A stretch of DNA of 64,000 nucleotides from Camelus ferus (GCF_009834535.1 NC_045696.1:83516001-83580000); one strand, 5' to 3'; shown: positions 34,391-48,545, numbered from the stretch's first letter. The notes: generated by a model not told the origin, from the sequence alone. Numbers and translations are program-made.

Positions 34391-37300
34391 TACCTTTGAA
34401 CGACAGCAATCAGACTGGGAAATTCCTGTCTTGCTTTCAGGGCTGACCCTTAGTGGGATTTTGGGGAATCAACAGAAGAACAAAACCTGTGATGTCCTCA
34501 ATGTCATAATTCACTGTTTGCAGGAGGACTTGTTTCCTTACTGATGAAACAGGAAGTCAGCGGGACTCAGTGGGAACTTGGATTTGATCCTGGTGCCTCA
34601 TCCCCTCAGGGCTACAGAAGTGTAAGGGTGAGGAGAATTAATCTGCCTCCTAATCGCCCTCCAGGGAATCAGCCAAGCCAGTTCACCTTTTCATTAACCA
34701 GAACCTAATATAGAAAGACCTGCTCACAGCAGCAGCGACCTGACACTAAATGGTGACAAAAACAATACCCACTGGCCACTGCAGTCTACAGCTGTTCCCC
34801 CTTCTGCCTTTGCCTTCCTGCTACGACAAGTTGAGCCCTGCACGTCTATCAGGTCTGTATTTAAGAGAGCATCTCAATACGTACATTTTAAATCAGATCT
34901 GAATTGCTGATCAAAACTGTTTGAAGTTTTCCAGATGCAAGTACATTTATTCTACAGCACTTCTGAAAAAAAGGGGGAGAAAAGCCCAGAGCCTGTCAAA
35001 GTTAATTAGATTCATACAAAAGGCTTAACAGTCCCATGCAATGTTTTCACTCTATTACATATAAATGTACAATAATTCCGTGAACACTGGGTTTAATTGC
35101 TCATAATATTTTAATTAAGGTTATGCTTTGTATAAATATCAATTCATCCTTTGCTGTGACTACAGTCTTATTTAAATGACGAAGTCAATTTGACAGTACA
35201 TTCATGAAAAAGAGAGCCTTTTAAGAGTTTTGCTCTTATGTGGTCTAGAATACTAATGGAGGTTAATTGTCAAAACAAGTCCAGCACAGACTTCAGAATT
35301 ATCTCTGCATTTTAGTGATAGAACAATGTAACCACATTTTTATGTGACCTGCTGACCTAATACCATGAATAACATAATGGCTATTATACATCTCCGTGTC
35401 TGCTTCCTGAAAACCAGAGAGCTCTCCTTTTTAATATTTACATTTTGCGGCTGCCCTTTAAACAGACACCCTTTAACTACTGTATTTGCGATTCAGATGA
35501 TCAGATAATTAGATGTAAGATTAGATGCGCCAGAAGAGATGGCTGCCTCAATTAATCTTACAGTCTGTGCCTCTGCAAATCACTACTTGGTGTGTAACAG
35601 AAAATACCAAATTAAGTTTTCAGAGGCAGGGAAATTTCAAGTCTGCAGTCATTTTAATTCCATCTGAGGCAAGGATAAAATTTATTACTGTATTCAGAAT
35701 TCATGTTCTCTTTTTCCAAAACACCAATTTTAATTAGAGAACATAGACCCAAAAGAGTAGCAATAGGGGGGAAAAAATGCCTTTTAGTGGCCCACACTAA
35801 ATCACTATCTTCTCCTTCTAGGGACAGTAGGTACCCTGTTATGAAGTAGGCAATTGCCCTGAGTGAATATCAAAAGATTATATTCAGTGAGCCTTTTCCC
35901 ATCAAGTGGCCCTCACTGGCCTTGAAAGAGCAGTGAGGTATCTTCCATCTGGCAAATATCCCGACTGCTTTTCTTCCCTTTGCTCCTGGTTTTTCATGTT
36001 CAAATCTCACAAATCACAATGTCTTCCAAAACGATCTCATAGTTTGTCTCATCAAATACAAGAAGATGCAAAAAACCTCATATTGCCAACTATATGTACT
36101 TTTTATAAATAGAGTAGGATTTTTAACAGAATAGAAACAGGACATAAAAACAGACCTAGAAGCTAGAAAACAGATGGCAACAAAAGATACCGGTATTTAT
36201 CCCTGGGTGCTGTTAAGAGGAGAGTGCAAAATAATCAGCCCATTTTGGATTCTTTTAAGATTTTTGAATAAAATAAATTCTCATAGCTTCTACTGAAGTC
36301 ACAGGTCCTTTAAAGACAGGGAACAGGTGTGTGGTGTTTCAGATTTCTAGTTCATGGCTGCCCGATGAGAAATCCAAAGCTGGAATCCTTTGCTAAGACA
36401 TTACCATGATAAATCCAACCCTGAAATCATTCGAAGGCTTCACCTAAGAAAGCTGTATTTGAAAGTTGGGGTTAAATTAATTTAAAAAGTCACTCTATTC
36501 ATTCATTCAACAAATATTTTTGAAATACAGGAAAGCTTTCAAAATAAAGCATCTGCAAAGTAATTCCGAGGGGAAAGAAATCTCCATAAATAACAAGAGG
36601 GCAGGAAGAGCTTGTCATAAACTTATTTAATATTCCTGTGATCTCCTGAATATGTGGGTGACAACACACGGAGACACACCAACATCTTCAAGGATACCTG
36701 AAAGAGAAATCTGTTCACAGCAAACTGGAACCAGCACCGATGAGCCTGACCTCATTTATTACCTGATGCAAAACTAAAATGGAGTACACTTTGCATATTT
36801 GCTTCTAAGTTTAGCTTCTGCAGGACAGAGACCTCAACCCACCATTTTTCTCTTCTGCACTCACACAGTAGCTGTATTATCTTTAAATGTGTGCTACTTA
36901 CTTCCTCAGTATGCAGAGAGGCTATTCCCCAACCTAGACGGTGAGCAATTAAAAGGCAGGGGGATGTCTTTTGCATGATTTTACTTCCCTTCATTACTTT
37001 CCATTGAGCAGAGCCAGGCACAAAGCAGAGGCTTCAGGCAAGGGATGGAAGGAGGGATGGGAAAAAAAGAGAGGCAGCCAAAAGAGAAGCAAGTTTCGAT
37101 TCCAAGGACTTGCTTATCAATATCCTTTCCTTCTCCCTAGTTTTTATCAATGGCCTCAATATTCTACCAGCCAGTCTTTGGTTCTCTCTGCCTTCCCCCT
37201 TTCACCTGCCCGGAGCTGTCTCACAGCTTCTCCCTCACGACTCCATCATGTTCATTTCCTAGGTCTCTTACATAGGATGAGCCATCATTCCTTTGCTTCA

Positions 37301-38289
37301 ACTAACTCAGCAGCTGCCTAACTGGTCCTCTCTTCCCCCAAGGTCACGGTGCTCTTTCCTCCTCAGGAGACACCACACATTACACAGACAGCTCCTGTAT
37401 ACTGCCCCCCACCATTCTCTGCTCTGAGGACACCTGCCTCCTTATGCCTACACATCTCCATCAGTCAAAGACTCCATCTCCCCTTCAGGGCCCAGCCCAA
37501 GGGCCAGCCCTCCAGGGAAGCCTTGTATGTCCTCACGTAGGCTCTCAGCTCTTGTGGACACGCACCTCTCAGGGGTCCTTAAGGTGTCTGCTACTGTCAA
37601 ATCTCCCTGAGGAGCTCGCAAGCTCCTTTTGAAAGATGCATTATGTTTTTGTATCCCGTGCCTTTTTCCTCGGTAGCTACTCAGTCAACATTTGTTTAAT
37701 GACACCCACATGCACTCAGAACCTCACAGCACACACTCAGCACCAACAATCACAAAAATGATAGAGGAATCATGATTTAAGAACTGATTCCAGGAGACCA
37801 GTGATTTCACCCTTCTCTTTGAAGGCACACAAATATTTCAGCCAATTAAGAGTCTATTTGATATTCTTCTAAGATAGTAATTCAAAATGTTTAAAATAAA
37901 GAGATATTTACATTTTTTACATATCTTCCAGCCACCAAACCCAAACATTTCTACAAGCACATATCTGTTTCCTATAAACACAGAAAGCTAATATTTTCAT
38001 TCCTCCTCCTTTGTCTTGATCCTTTTTTCACAGTGTGTTTTGCTTGTCTAGACAGTTCCTTCTGTGCCTCTTCTATATTTTGATGTGCATTAGCACCCCA
38101 CTCTTCCGCTGTCCCTGAGATAATGTTTTTTCAGCCTAGGAGCAATTCTTTGCTGTTCCTCTTGCTGACAAGTCCTACGAATTCTTTTTAGCCGGGGGGT
38201 GTCTACTTTCACATGTTTGCCAAGTGCTCTCTGAAGAACTTTTACTGTAATACATTCAAAGGTCAGGCATACCTGTAACTCCTCTGCCC

Positions 38290-38460
38290 CACTTTTAAGC
38301 CTGCAGTGTCTCCTGTGTAACCCTTTCCGATGCTTAACCATCCCACCAGAATATAATTCCTTCTATCCAGTCTGAATCTTTCACACTGTAGTTTGCAGTT
38401 TAAAGTCTTCTCCTTTTCTATCCTTAGTGGATGTGGAGCACAGTCATTTTCCTCTGTCTA
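38290..38460 (-). mobile_element. L3/CR1 fragment
   Basis: ccctttccgatgcttaacc...ttccttctatccagtctgaatc...gcagtttaaag...tccttagtggatgtggagcacag match the recalled L3 3' region. Confidence 0.6.
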
Positions 38461-39929
38461 ATTAGCCAGGGCAGGAGGGTAGTTCAGTTATTTCCCAAGA
38501 AAGTCTTTTCTATTATATTGGCTTTCTCTTGGACAATATTGCCTTTTATATTTTTTATCTGCTAGAAAGAGAATGTCAAATTGTATCTCTGCCAATGATG
38601 TCCTATTTCTTTTGTCCTGCCTGCACAGTTATCTTGTCTACGCTGATGGCTCCTGTTTTAGAAATCTATGAAGGATTCAAAGATTCAGCTTTAAGCTTGG
38701 TGAACTGTGGTTGCTAATTCAATCTCCACACATGGTAGTGTGGCCACCTCCCCTCAAGATATGCGTGATCTTAATGGAGAAATGGAGAAATCCAGAAGGG
38801 CTTATTAGCTTAGAGGATTTACATGTATTAGCAGCACACTGGAAGTATCTTATTAATACGTGTGCTCATATTATATGCCAACCAAGCCCTGATAGACAGT
38901 TCACTCACCGGAGTCTAGAGATTCTGTCCTAGACAACCTTGGACACTGTACAGGCCTCAGGAAATGTCCTCATGACAAGGGGAGAAGGTTAGAGGATGCA
39001 CTCAGAGAAGTCCCCAAAGAGTACAATGGAGGATCTATAACCAGGTCTAGAAGTTTTCTTGCCTTAACTCCTTGAACATGGCATGGCTACATAAGGATCC
39101 CTTGGGAACAATGGATCATTCAACTCTCTTCCCTCAGTTTGAAGAACAAGGAAAAGCGAGCCAGAGCTGGAATTTTTCCCAACAGATTATTTAGAATAGA
39201 GTGAGAAGGGACTTTGTGGATAACAACCATAAATTTTAAAAGCAGACAAACAAAAATCCTTGAGGAGCAGTCAAAGTTCTGCCTACAGCTCCTGAGATCC
39301 ATTAGAATGGACTCTATGTTTTATTCGCTTTCTGTGTCTTGATCACAATTGATCAAGGATGAGCCCCTGTCACCGTCTAGCCATCTCCTCCATGAAGAAC
39401 AAGGCCAAGCTGATAGACTTAAGTTTCTGAAAAATAACTTGACTTACTTTCTGCTATTAAGCAAAGAGATCACTCCCCAACTTAATGTTGCTCTCATCCA
39501 TCAAACTGCCCACTGACCGCGTTTGGAATGTCCACTCAAGGGAGAAGCCCTGATCTTCACACCACCGTGGTATTTACTCCACCTGATTTGCACTTAGTCT
39601 AAAGCACTAACTGAACACTTACTTAGAAGCCAAATTCCCTTCCATTTTTCAATCCACCTGGACATGTAAGAAACTTCCGTACATTTTTTGTATTTTCATA
39701 ACCAAATGCAGACATCCTGCTTGTCATTTTGAAAAAACACTGAGATAAAAATTAAAAATTTCATGATTTCTCCAAAGTTAAAGCAAAGAGAGTCTCAATG
39801 AAGCAGTTATTTTCTACTTCCTTGCTGCATAGCAATTTATGAGATGCCTGGGTACAGACACACAACACACACACACACCTTTTTTCCATTTTAGTTACTG
39901 GATTTTTTCCATTTTAGGTACTGGTTTTA

Positions 39930-40640
39930 AAAACATTAAATAAGGAAAAAGTCAACTATTTGGGGCAACTTAATATACACATTGCTGGTGATATTTTAAG
40001 GTGGTGTATTTTTGCAGAAGGACAATATAAATTATATATATGTACATGTATACATATATGTGCATGATATAACATATATGTGTGCATATATATACATTTA
40101 TATACATATATGTGTGCATATACATATATAATGATGTATATACATACATATGTGTGTACACATATCAAGAGCCCCAAAAATTTGACTCAGTAATTCAACC
40201 TCCAGGAATTTATTCTCAAGAAGTTATGAGATTTCTACTTGAAGATGAGGTACCAAGATGGTCATCATATTTTATAATTACAAAAAAACAAGTAACTCAA
40301 AATGCCAATGATAGGGAGAGATTAATACATTATAGTACAAATACAAGATAAAATAGTTTTCAGCCCTTAAAAAAGTATCATAAAAATAATATTCGACTTG
40401 GGGAAATGCTTATGGTTAAAGTTAAGTAAAAACAACATATACAAAGCAGTGGTTAAATAGGATTCTGATTTTTAAAAAATAAAGAATGACGTATGTTCTT
40501 TACAATGCACGAAGATTCTGGTGGAAAGTCACTCACCCAAATACTAACAACTGAATCTCCAAGGAGCAGGGTCACAGGTGACTTATATTTCCTTATTTAT
40601 ATTTTTACATATTCCAGCTGGTAAATAGTGAATGTGTTTT
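39930..40640 (+). mobile_element. Old L1 (L1ME-type) fragment with an embedded TA/TG/CA low-complexity tract at 40030-40165
   Basis: acacattgctggtg...tttgactcagtaattcaacctccaggaatttattct...aaatgccaatgataggg. Confidence 0.7.
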
Positions 40641-40717
40641 ATTAATTTTAATCAAACATTTCTCCATCTCTTTAACCCTTAGCACACCAGGATTCCTGCG
40701 CCTGTTTATATCTAGAT

Positions 40718-40832
40718 TTGGGGACACTATACATGAAGTTTGTCCAGGAGAGAGTCTCTTCCATTTTTGCTTATTAACCACTTCCATATTCAAAGGTGTC
40801 CCAGTTTACATAACAAATTAATGGTGACCCTA
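40718..40832. mobile_element. MER94-like hAT-Blackjack MITE
   Basis: The terminus reads caaaggtgtcccagttt...aaattaatggtgacccta. Confidence 0.55.
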
Positions 40833-42949
40833 TTCTAACGGAATTTCTAGGACTAGGGATATAAAAGTTTGAAGAAGGGTAAAAGACTCTAATATACGAC
40901 CAGTCTTCTGTCTAAAGACAGGATAAAGTACAGAGGAGGGGCTGAGAGATAGACAGGCCTCACCTGTATTTATCTGCATTTTTCCATTTCGGAACACATT
41001 AAAGATAGCTTTTTATTCACCTTGAATTATCCTTAACTCTAAAGACAGGAACCAGGTGTAACCCAAGCTGCATTGTATCAGTATGGACACCCAGTTACTG
41101 ATACTTGTGCAGAACTTGCATTTTTTTTTTTTACATTGGAGGAATGAGGGTTTTCAAAGCAAAACAAGTAATCTCCACTGGTGTGTGGAGTATGGCTGCT
41201 GTGTTTTAGAGTCCTGTTTGTTGTAAATAATCGAATAAACTACAGGCATTTTCCATTTTAGAAATTAGAAATTGGAAAAGTAATTATTCTCCTGTATGTT
41301 GATATATGGTTTTATTTTCATTATCCTAGTTTGGTCTAGGAACCTAGAATCCTAGGTTGATCTAGAAATACATCACTTGTTCTGCTTTCTAGCCAAAGTC
41401 AAAATTAATAAGTTATAGATTAGTATTAATTACTCTAAAATTAAAATCAGTATCTTTAGAAACTTTTCATCATAAGACAATTTGAATTTATTTATTTGTT
41501 TCCCCTTTTGCACACTCCTTCCAGGAGGTACTCTATGCAATGAATCATTTGGCTAGATCTTCAGAAGTTCTCGTTAAAATCCAAGAGAGTTTATTTTGGA
41601 TTTTTTTACTGTCAGGATGAGTAACTAGACCAGTATCACTACAGCCATGCCACATGATAGTAGTTTTCTCAATTTTTAAACAAAATAATTTCTTTTATTG
41701 TTTTCCACGGTCTTTTGCAGAAACCCAATGTACAAAAATAAGTAAAGCTAACACTAACTGCTTCGTCTTACCCCTCAAGCCTTTTTCTTCGCTCACCCCC
41801 TCACCCAGCCAAGTGCCCCGGAACCTCTATTGAACTCAGAGCTTCAAGACTTGGTGTAGAAATAAATTACGGTTGTCTTCATAGGGGACTGACTTAACTA
41901 GCTTCCTAGTTGATTTCTAAAGCATATTGGTCTTGCTAAAACTCCTAACCAAAAATATTCCTACTCCTGTCCCTTTCTGAACTAGATCATGTTATCAGGC
42001 TCCTCTCAAACTCTGGCCAAGAGATGTGGCTTGAAAACACTGTTGAAACAGATACAGTCAATCTCTAAACTACACATTGAATCAAGTCAAACCACATGAA
42101 GTTCACATACATAGACCAAATTAACTCAGCCTTTCATAACAGTGCCTTTGCTGAACTAACACTTAAGTAATAACCTTTAGACATTTTTCCTAAGGTTATT
42201 TTACAAAGGAGCATTTGCTTCAAAACATATCACTGAAAAAAATGCCTATTAAACCAGTGCTCAGTATTTATGGTCCCATGTGATAAATCTCTTTTAAAAA
42301 TCAGCATTAGGGAGAATTCCCCTGAGGAACCTATCTACTTTCTAGTTTGGGATAATAACAGTGATACAACTGACCGTATCTCTGTTGTCATCTTGGCTGC
42401 CAAGAACCTCAGAGCTAAAGCTGAAGGTCAGTGGTCACATATAATTAGAACGTGGGTCCCCTGCTTCAGTTCTGCTGCGCTACAGTGCTGATTTTCTACT
42501 TGTATTTACATTTTATTCCTCTCATTATTGGTATTCTAACTGTAAATGCCTTCAAATTTCTGAAGGGACAAAAAATGTTTATGAGCCATTAATTAACACT
42601 GTAATTGTATGAGTACAAATCTGCAAATCCAGTTAACAGTATTATAATCAAGCCCATCATGTCCACAACATTATCATTAGGTTTCATTGGGTGCTTTTTG
42701 AAAATATCGTTTATTTCTTGCCTGTCTACAGACATATCTCCAAGCTTCCAGGAAGATTACCAAAAATGGTCCCATTATAACCTATACACATTATGTTAAC
42801 AATCTGAAATGAAATTACTGTAGTTTGAAAATCTCATACTGGGGCTTTCTTACTATCTTCCTGACATCTTGAGATTCCATTCCCTTCAACTACTGTTCTA
42901 CCCTTTCTAGTCTGAAAACCACTCCCCTCTTTTAATGGTAAGTCTAATC

Positions 42950-43173
42950 TAATAACAATCATTTAGTGCTTACTATGTACCAGGCACTGTTATAAGTATC
43001 TTATATGTAATATCTCACTAAATTCTTATAAGTAGTATTACCCAAATTTAGAGAAGAGAATACCACAGCCAAGTGAGGTAAAGTATATTGCCCAGGGTCA
43101 CACAGGACTCAGTGGCCAAGACACGGTTTGAACCCAGGAGGTCTAATGCCGGAATTCATGCTCTTAACCACTA
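42950..43173 (-). mobile_element. MIR SINE
   Basis: gcttactatgtaccaggcactgtt...ttgcccagggtcacacag...tttgaacccagg...gctcttaaccacta. Confidence 0.85.
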
Positions 43174-44454
43174 TTCCGTATTGCTTCTCTTGAATAGGAT
43201 GTAAAATAACAAGTTTGAATTCTGCTGCAAGAGATTAAGTAAAATATTAATATGAAAGTTCCAATAGCTTGACTTATTATACTTTGGAAAATGGATACCA
43301 GGAAAAGTTTTGAAAATAATTTTAATGGCTTCCAAAATGGGACAGCATTTCATTTTCTTGAGCTGTCCAAAGTGTGAGGCTGCCTGAAGATAAGACTGGG
43401 GAAGACATTCTAAAGGTTCCTTCTTACTCTGTCACTCTAATTTTTACACTTTTAGATGAAAAGTTTTATGCAAATCATGGACAATTCCCAAAGCTGTGTT
43501 TCTTCAACTTTAGTCTTGTGTAATTTTTTAAAATAAGTAAGTATGGTGACTATGGCGGATTATAAAATATTACTACCATTCAGATGATATTTTTGTGCCA
43601 GGGTAGGACTGGCAATAAAAGGCAATAAAATGGGGGAGAAACATTCTCAAGAGATAAAACTCTTCTGAACATATTTTCTGCAGCCAGGGAAAATGCACCA
43701 ACACCCAAAGGAATATGGGAAACTTTACACTACATTTAAGCACAAGCACATTCTCTACTTCTTAATTTAAAAAAGGAAAGGACAGCATTAAAATGCGCAT
43801 ACAAATAAACAAGCCATTTATTTACTCCAACTAATTAACATCTCTTGAGATCTCCAGGGTCTCTTAACATCTCTCGGGCCTCTCTCAGAGGATATTCTCA
43901 TGGCAGGAGAACCAAAGATTCAAAAACTTGCTGAGTCCAGGGGGAGAAATGTCAGAGAAGAAAAGACACCCTAAAAACAAACATGTTAATTAAAAACACG
44001 AGATAAACACAAACATCTTCAACCTCTACCCACTACCCCCTGGGAGGTCAGGGAAAACAGTTTTCTGCTTAAAACTTTTAAAAGGCCAAATCAGTATAAA
44101 TTCTCTAGAAACAGTTAACATTTACTCCACACAGTCATTACCTCCAAGAAAGGCAGCTCCTAAAATGAGAACTAAAGAACAGGAGTAGAAATTTCCAATT
44201 GCTCAGATTTAAAATATATGAGACTAAATGAGTGTCACCCCCAAAGAGGGTCTGGAAATTTCCTTGGCCACTTCCAGTAGTCTCAACCAAAAAGAAATAA
44301 ACTAAGATAGGTACGAGTTATCCAAGAGGAAATGACCAAGGTTGGAAGAAGATCAGTTAGGAACAGAGGGGAGACTGGGTGACGCAGTGATTTGGTTATC
44401 CACCAAAACATGGTCTTAGTAGAAATGTGGTTCTTGCTGGTTGGGACCTGAAAG

Positions 44455-44970
44455 TGATGAAGTTCAGGACACACTGCCCAAAAATACAGCATCTTAACAT
44501 ATTGAATATTGAAAACTGAGGGATTTTGAGAAAACAGCAGAAGCAAGAACAGCTCTCTGACCTTACTCTCCACTTTCCCTTCTCTCCCCAGCAGATAACC
44601 CTCCCCTGAGAGGCACCCTCCCCAAAGCCAGAGGGAAGGAGCATCCAAGACGCCTAATGTGCTGAGTTGGAGAGAATCCAAGAAGAATCTGAAGGAATCA
44701 GCATCACTAAGTTTCCACAGTTCCCTACACTTACCTCTTACTCTTTATCCTATCATATCTTTCCACAACTGTGTACTCTTCACCAAACTGAGCATAAAAA
44801 CACTCAGGTATACACTTCTTTGGGTCTTCATTTCCTTATGAAGGATCCAGTATCACGTAAAACTGATAAATAAATGTGTATGCTTTACTCCTGTAAATCT
44901 TTGTTGATCTAATTTTTAGACCCAGCCAAGGATCCTAAGAGAGTTGAGAAAAACTTTTTCCTCTTCTACA
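44455..44970 (+). mobile_element. MER34-family ERV1 solo LTR with 4-bp TSD (AAAG)
   Basis: TGatgaagttcaggacacactgcccaaaaatac...ttttcctcttctaCA. AAAG lies at 44451-44454 and 44971-44974, and there is an internal aataaa. Confidence 0.85.
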
Positions 44971-45179
44971 AAAGTATGAGGAAGGAGAAAGAATAGGAAA
45001 GGAAAGGGGAGAATGAATGAAGAGGTATAGGGGAAAATGAAGGTGGAAAGAAAATTAAAGTTGAACAAATGACGTCAAAGAAAAACACTTCTATGGCACC
45101 ATTCTGGATTTCTCATTAATCTTCCTTATAATAGATGTGTATATTTTAAATGTTCAAGAAGCAATATTACAAGTTTACT

Positions 45180-45300
45180 ATAACATTAAGGTATGGTCTT
45201 GGGAGGCAGACAATCCTGGGATTAGGTCCAGCCTCTATCACTGAGTAGCTGTGTAAACTTGACAAGTTATTTAACTGTACTGATCTGCAAAATGTTGTTA
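45180..45300 (+). mobile_element. MIR fragment
   Basis: tagctgtgtaaacttgacaagttatttaac. Confidence 0.6.
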
Positions 45301-45691
45301 ACGAGAGTAGTCAAGTGACTACTACTTTCCATAAATCTATCTTCATATACATATTTGTGAAAAATACAATAGTAAGTTATCTACAATTTTACCTACATGA
45401 AACAATTTTTCACCTAGCATCATATCAAAGCAGTTTCCATGTTGCTAAGACCTCATAAACGTAACTCTCAATGCCTCCCAAATTCTGTCAAGTGGATGCA
45501 TCACGTCCTATAGGATGTCCTGCTTTCAGTTTCTCCTTTTTATAAACTAGGCAGTTATGAACATCTTCATGCTGATGCTGTTTCCCCACATTTTAGCTTA
45601 TTCTGTGAGATGAGAAGCACTTCCTTATGAAAGAGTACTGAGCCAACAAAGGGTATAAATGTTGCTTTTTAAACAACAAGAAAAGGAGGTA

Positions 45692-45762
45692 GAACTATAC
45701 TCAGTATCTTGTAATAACCTTGAATGAAAAAGATTATGAAAATGAATATATATATATATATA

Positions 45763-45828
<66 letters not shown>

Positions 45829-45898
45829 ACTGGGACATTATACTATACACCAGGAAATTGACACATTGTAACTGACTATACTTTAATTTAAAAAAAAA
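45692..45898 (+). mobile_element. Lineage-specific (camelid-type) L1 3' end with expanded (TA)n and poly(A)
   Basis: gaactatactcagtatcttgtaataacc...gactgggacattatactatacaccaggaaattgacacattgtaactgactatac...A-tail. The flanks agaaaaggaggtaga and agaaaggaattaga resemble a diverged TSD. Confidence 0.8.
45746..45822. repeat. (TA)n microsatellite with one interruption
   Basis: Direct read. Confidence 0.95.
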
Positions 45899-46344
45899 GA
45901 AAGGAATTAGAAATCTAGTTCTGCCCTTAGTAACCTACAGAGTATATGATTAACCAGTATTACTAATTATCATGATCTGTAACGAACATTTCAACTTATG
46001 TCATTTTGTCATCTCACAGAGGCTCCTATGTTCTCCAAAAATTATCTCAAGTGAGTTCCAGATTTCAGATCAATAGTTAATTCATGAACTTCTCCAGCAC
46101 TCTCACCCTAGCTTCACAGATAAACATACTTGCACATACACAGTACGGATGGAGTTTCTCTAGAGAGCTGCTTTCAGCCTCTCTGCAATCACGAGGCTAT
46201 CCAATCAATATGAAGTGAAAAATTGCAGCTCAGGGTATTCAGCCAAACTTCAACCATGAGATGTATATTGAGCTTGTATATTATTTAATTGAGATATTTA
46301 TGACAAGTTTTCCCATTGTGGCTTGTGATAAATGCAATCAATCG

Positions 46345-46418
46345 ATACATACACACAGTATATATGTGTGTGTGTGTGTGTGTGTATATACACACACATA
46401 TATATATGGTATATATAC
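46345..46418. repeat. Compound (TA)/(TG)/(CA) microsatellite
   Basis: Direct read. Confidence 0.9.
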
Positions 46419-47134
46419 TTGATCATCTAACTACTTCAAGTTGTCTGGAAACTTGGTTGAAGTGCAAAGAAAAATGAGAACTATAATGTAATTGATAACG
46501 CTGGAGGGAACTCAGACCTGGGATGGTTTGAGTATGCAGGTGTGAAACATGACTTCCCATCTATTCTTTACTGCCCCTGCAGGCCTGCTGTATTAACTTT
46601 AAGTAGAAAGTTCACTTGATATCTTTAAGGAAGCTGTCACTTCTATACTAATATCTGCTACTTCGCATTACTAGTATTTAGATTTAAAGATTACATCTAC
46701 CTCCCATCATATATAAATCTCATACTAATAGCTTCTTAGGCAAGTAACATTGGGAGGGTGTTACTCTAGGATTAACCACAAACCTTTGAAAGGTCATAAT
46801 ATGCAAGACAAATCAAAAAAAGAACATACAGCCAATTTCCAAATTTATAAAACAGTTGTATCCATCTGGATTCTGCAAAAGATGACCTATTTCAAAGCAC
46901 TTCAGGTTACTCAGTGAGGCAGAGATGGATAATCCCATGTTACAGACGAAAGAAGAACAGACTATAAAAGGTGATTAACATGCACTGAGTCATATTAAAC
47001 CATATATGAAAGCATTTTGGAATAGAAAAAAATGTGAGCTAAACAATACATAACTCATTTTTGCAGATACCATGAATAAAGATTCAGTGTCCTACAGATT
47101 CTTATTGACACCAAAGTCTCCTATTTTGGAAAGA

Positions 47135-47330
47135 ACATGGTAGCGTGGAAGATGCCCAGGATTTGGAATCTGAAGTTTCCATGTAGACTCTGCCGTTTAT
47201 CTGTGTGATCTGGTCAAGTTCACAGTTATCCTAAACTCTCTGAAGATTTCTTGTCTGTAAAATGGGATTATACCCATCTCACCGAATTCTGTGATAATTA
47301 ACAATCCTGGTGAAAGCACATAGTCAAGTA
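47135..47330 (+). mobile_element. MIR SINE
   Basis: tctgccgtttatctgtgtgatctgg...gtctgtaaaatgggattata. Confidence 0.7.
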
Positions 47331-48249
47331 TAAAGTAATGCCTGAATTTTATTTATGAACCTTGTTTCTTTGATTTTCTCCGGACGTCATTACCATTTAT
47401 TTGCACTTTAGAAATCAATGTTTCCTACGTCTTGTCACTGCCCAGCTCTGCATGAATGGTTCACAAATAGCACAAAATTTCCCTTTGTCCCCAATTCCTG
47501 CTGTATTAGATGGAGATTGAGAGACACCAGTTTTATCCATGCAATGGATGCTCTGTATGGATTTATAGGTTGAATTGTGGATTCTTTCTATGGATTTGTT
47601 TTCCTCAAACATTTTCAAAGGCAATAGGCTCAGAGAGATAAGATAAAAACTCCACCTTTAAGGCATTCCACCATCTGATGAAGAAGATATTTAAACAAAC
47701 ATGCATTTACCCAAAAACCTGATAACGACTAAATATGCAAGTGGGTACTATGGGTGCATAGAAAACAAAGCATCTGAACTTTGCCTAGAGGTCTCAGAGA
47801 CTTCACAAAGAACACCCTTAAAGAGTGAGTCCCTAATGAATGTCCTCAGTTATGATGGTCTGGTGACACTATTTCAGAACATTTAATCATTAGAAATAAT
47901 TATGTGAATTCAAAAATCTCCTTCCCTCCTAAAGGCCAAAGGCCTTTAAGCTTAAGTGTCTTAAAAGCACACATTGCCTCCTGCATCTAGGGCTACCAGG
48001 AAAGAAGCAACAGGCATGTGTACAGAGTTAAACACTCCTCCCCACAAGGAAGCAAAGTGGCGTATCTGCTGTAGCCTGGGATCTAGGACTAGACAGAGGA
48101 GACTTTTTGCTCTCTCTCTTCACAGGTTTTAAATTTTGACCTCAGAGTTTCAGTGCTGCCTTTTCTCATACAGTCAGACCTCACACCTGCAGTCCTCCCT
48201 CACTTCATTTCTTCTTAAAGACAAAATGGTGAAGTATGAAATGGTATGT

Positions 48250-48545
48250 TATTTTGTGATGAACAATGACACAGAGAAAAGTAAGGGCAAAGTACGTGCA
48301 CAGCAGATCAAATCCTCATAAACCAAACCTGTGTACTCACCACCCAGGCCACTGACATCACCCCAGAACCACCCCCAGTTCCCTTCCACACTCCCTCCTC
48401 TTCCCCCTAGAGCAACAGCGATCCCACCTGACTCTATGGTAATTACTTCCTTGCGTATCTTTAAAGTTTGATCAGCCTGTTATGTGTCCCAAAATACCAG
48501 TAGTTCGTTTTGCTTGTTTTTAAACTGCCTATAAATGTAAATCAG
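48250..48545 (-). mobile_element. Old L1 3' UTR fragment
   Basis: gtgtactcaccacccagg...cctgactctatggtaattacttccttgc...ttttgcttgtttttaaact..tataaatg. Confidence 0.6.

Noticed and set aside
39956..40351. Tyr/Ile/His/Met-rich ORFs
   Set aside because: They are translations of a TA/TG/CA low-complexity tract in an L1 fragment.
46355..46410. Apparent inverted repeat or hairpin
   Set aside because: It is explained by adjacent (TG)n and (CA)n microsatellite arms, with no evidence for an RNA gene.
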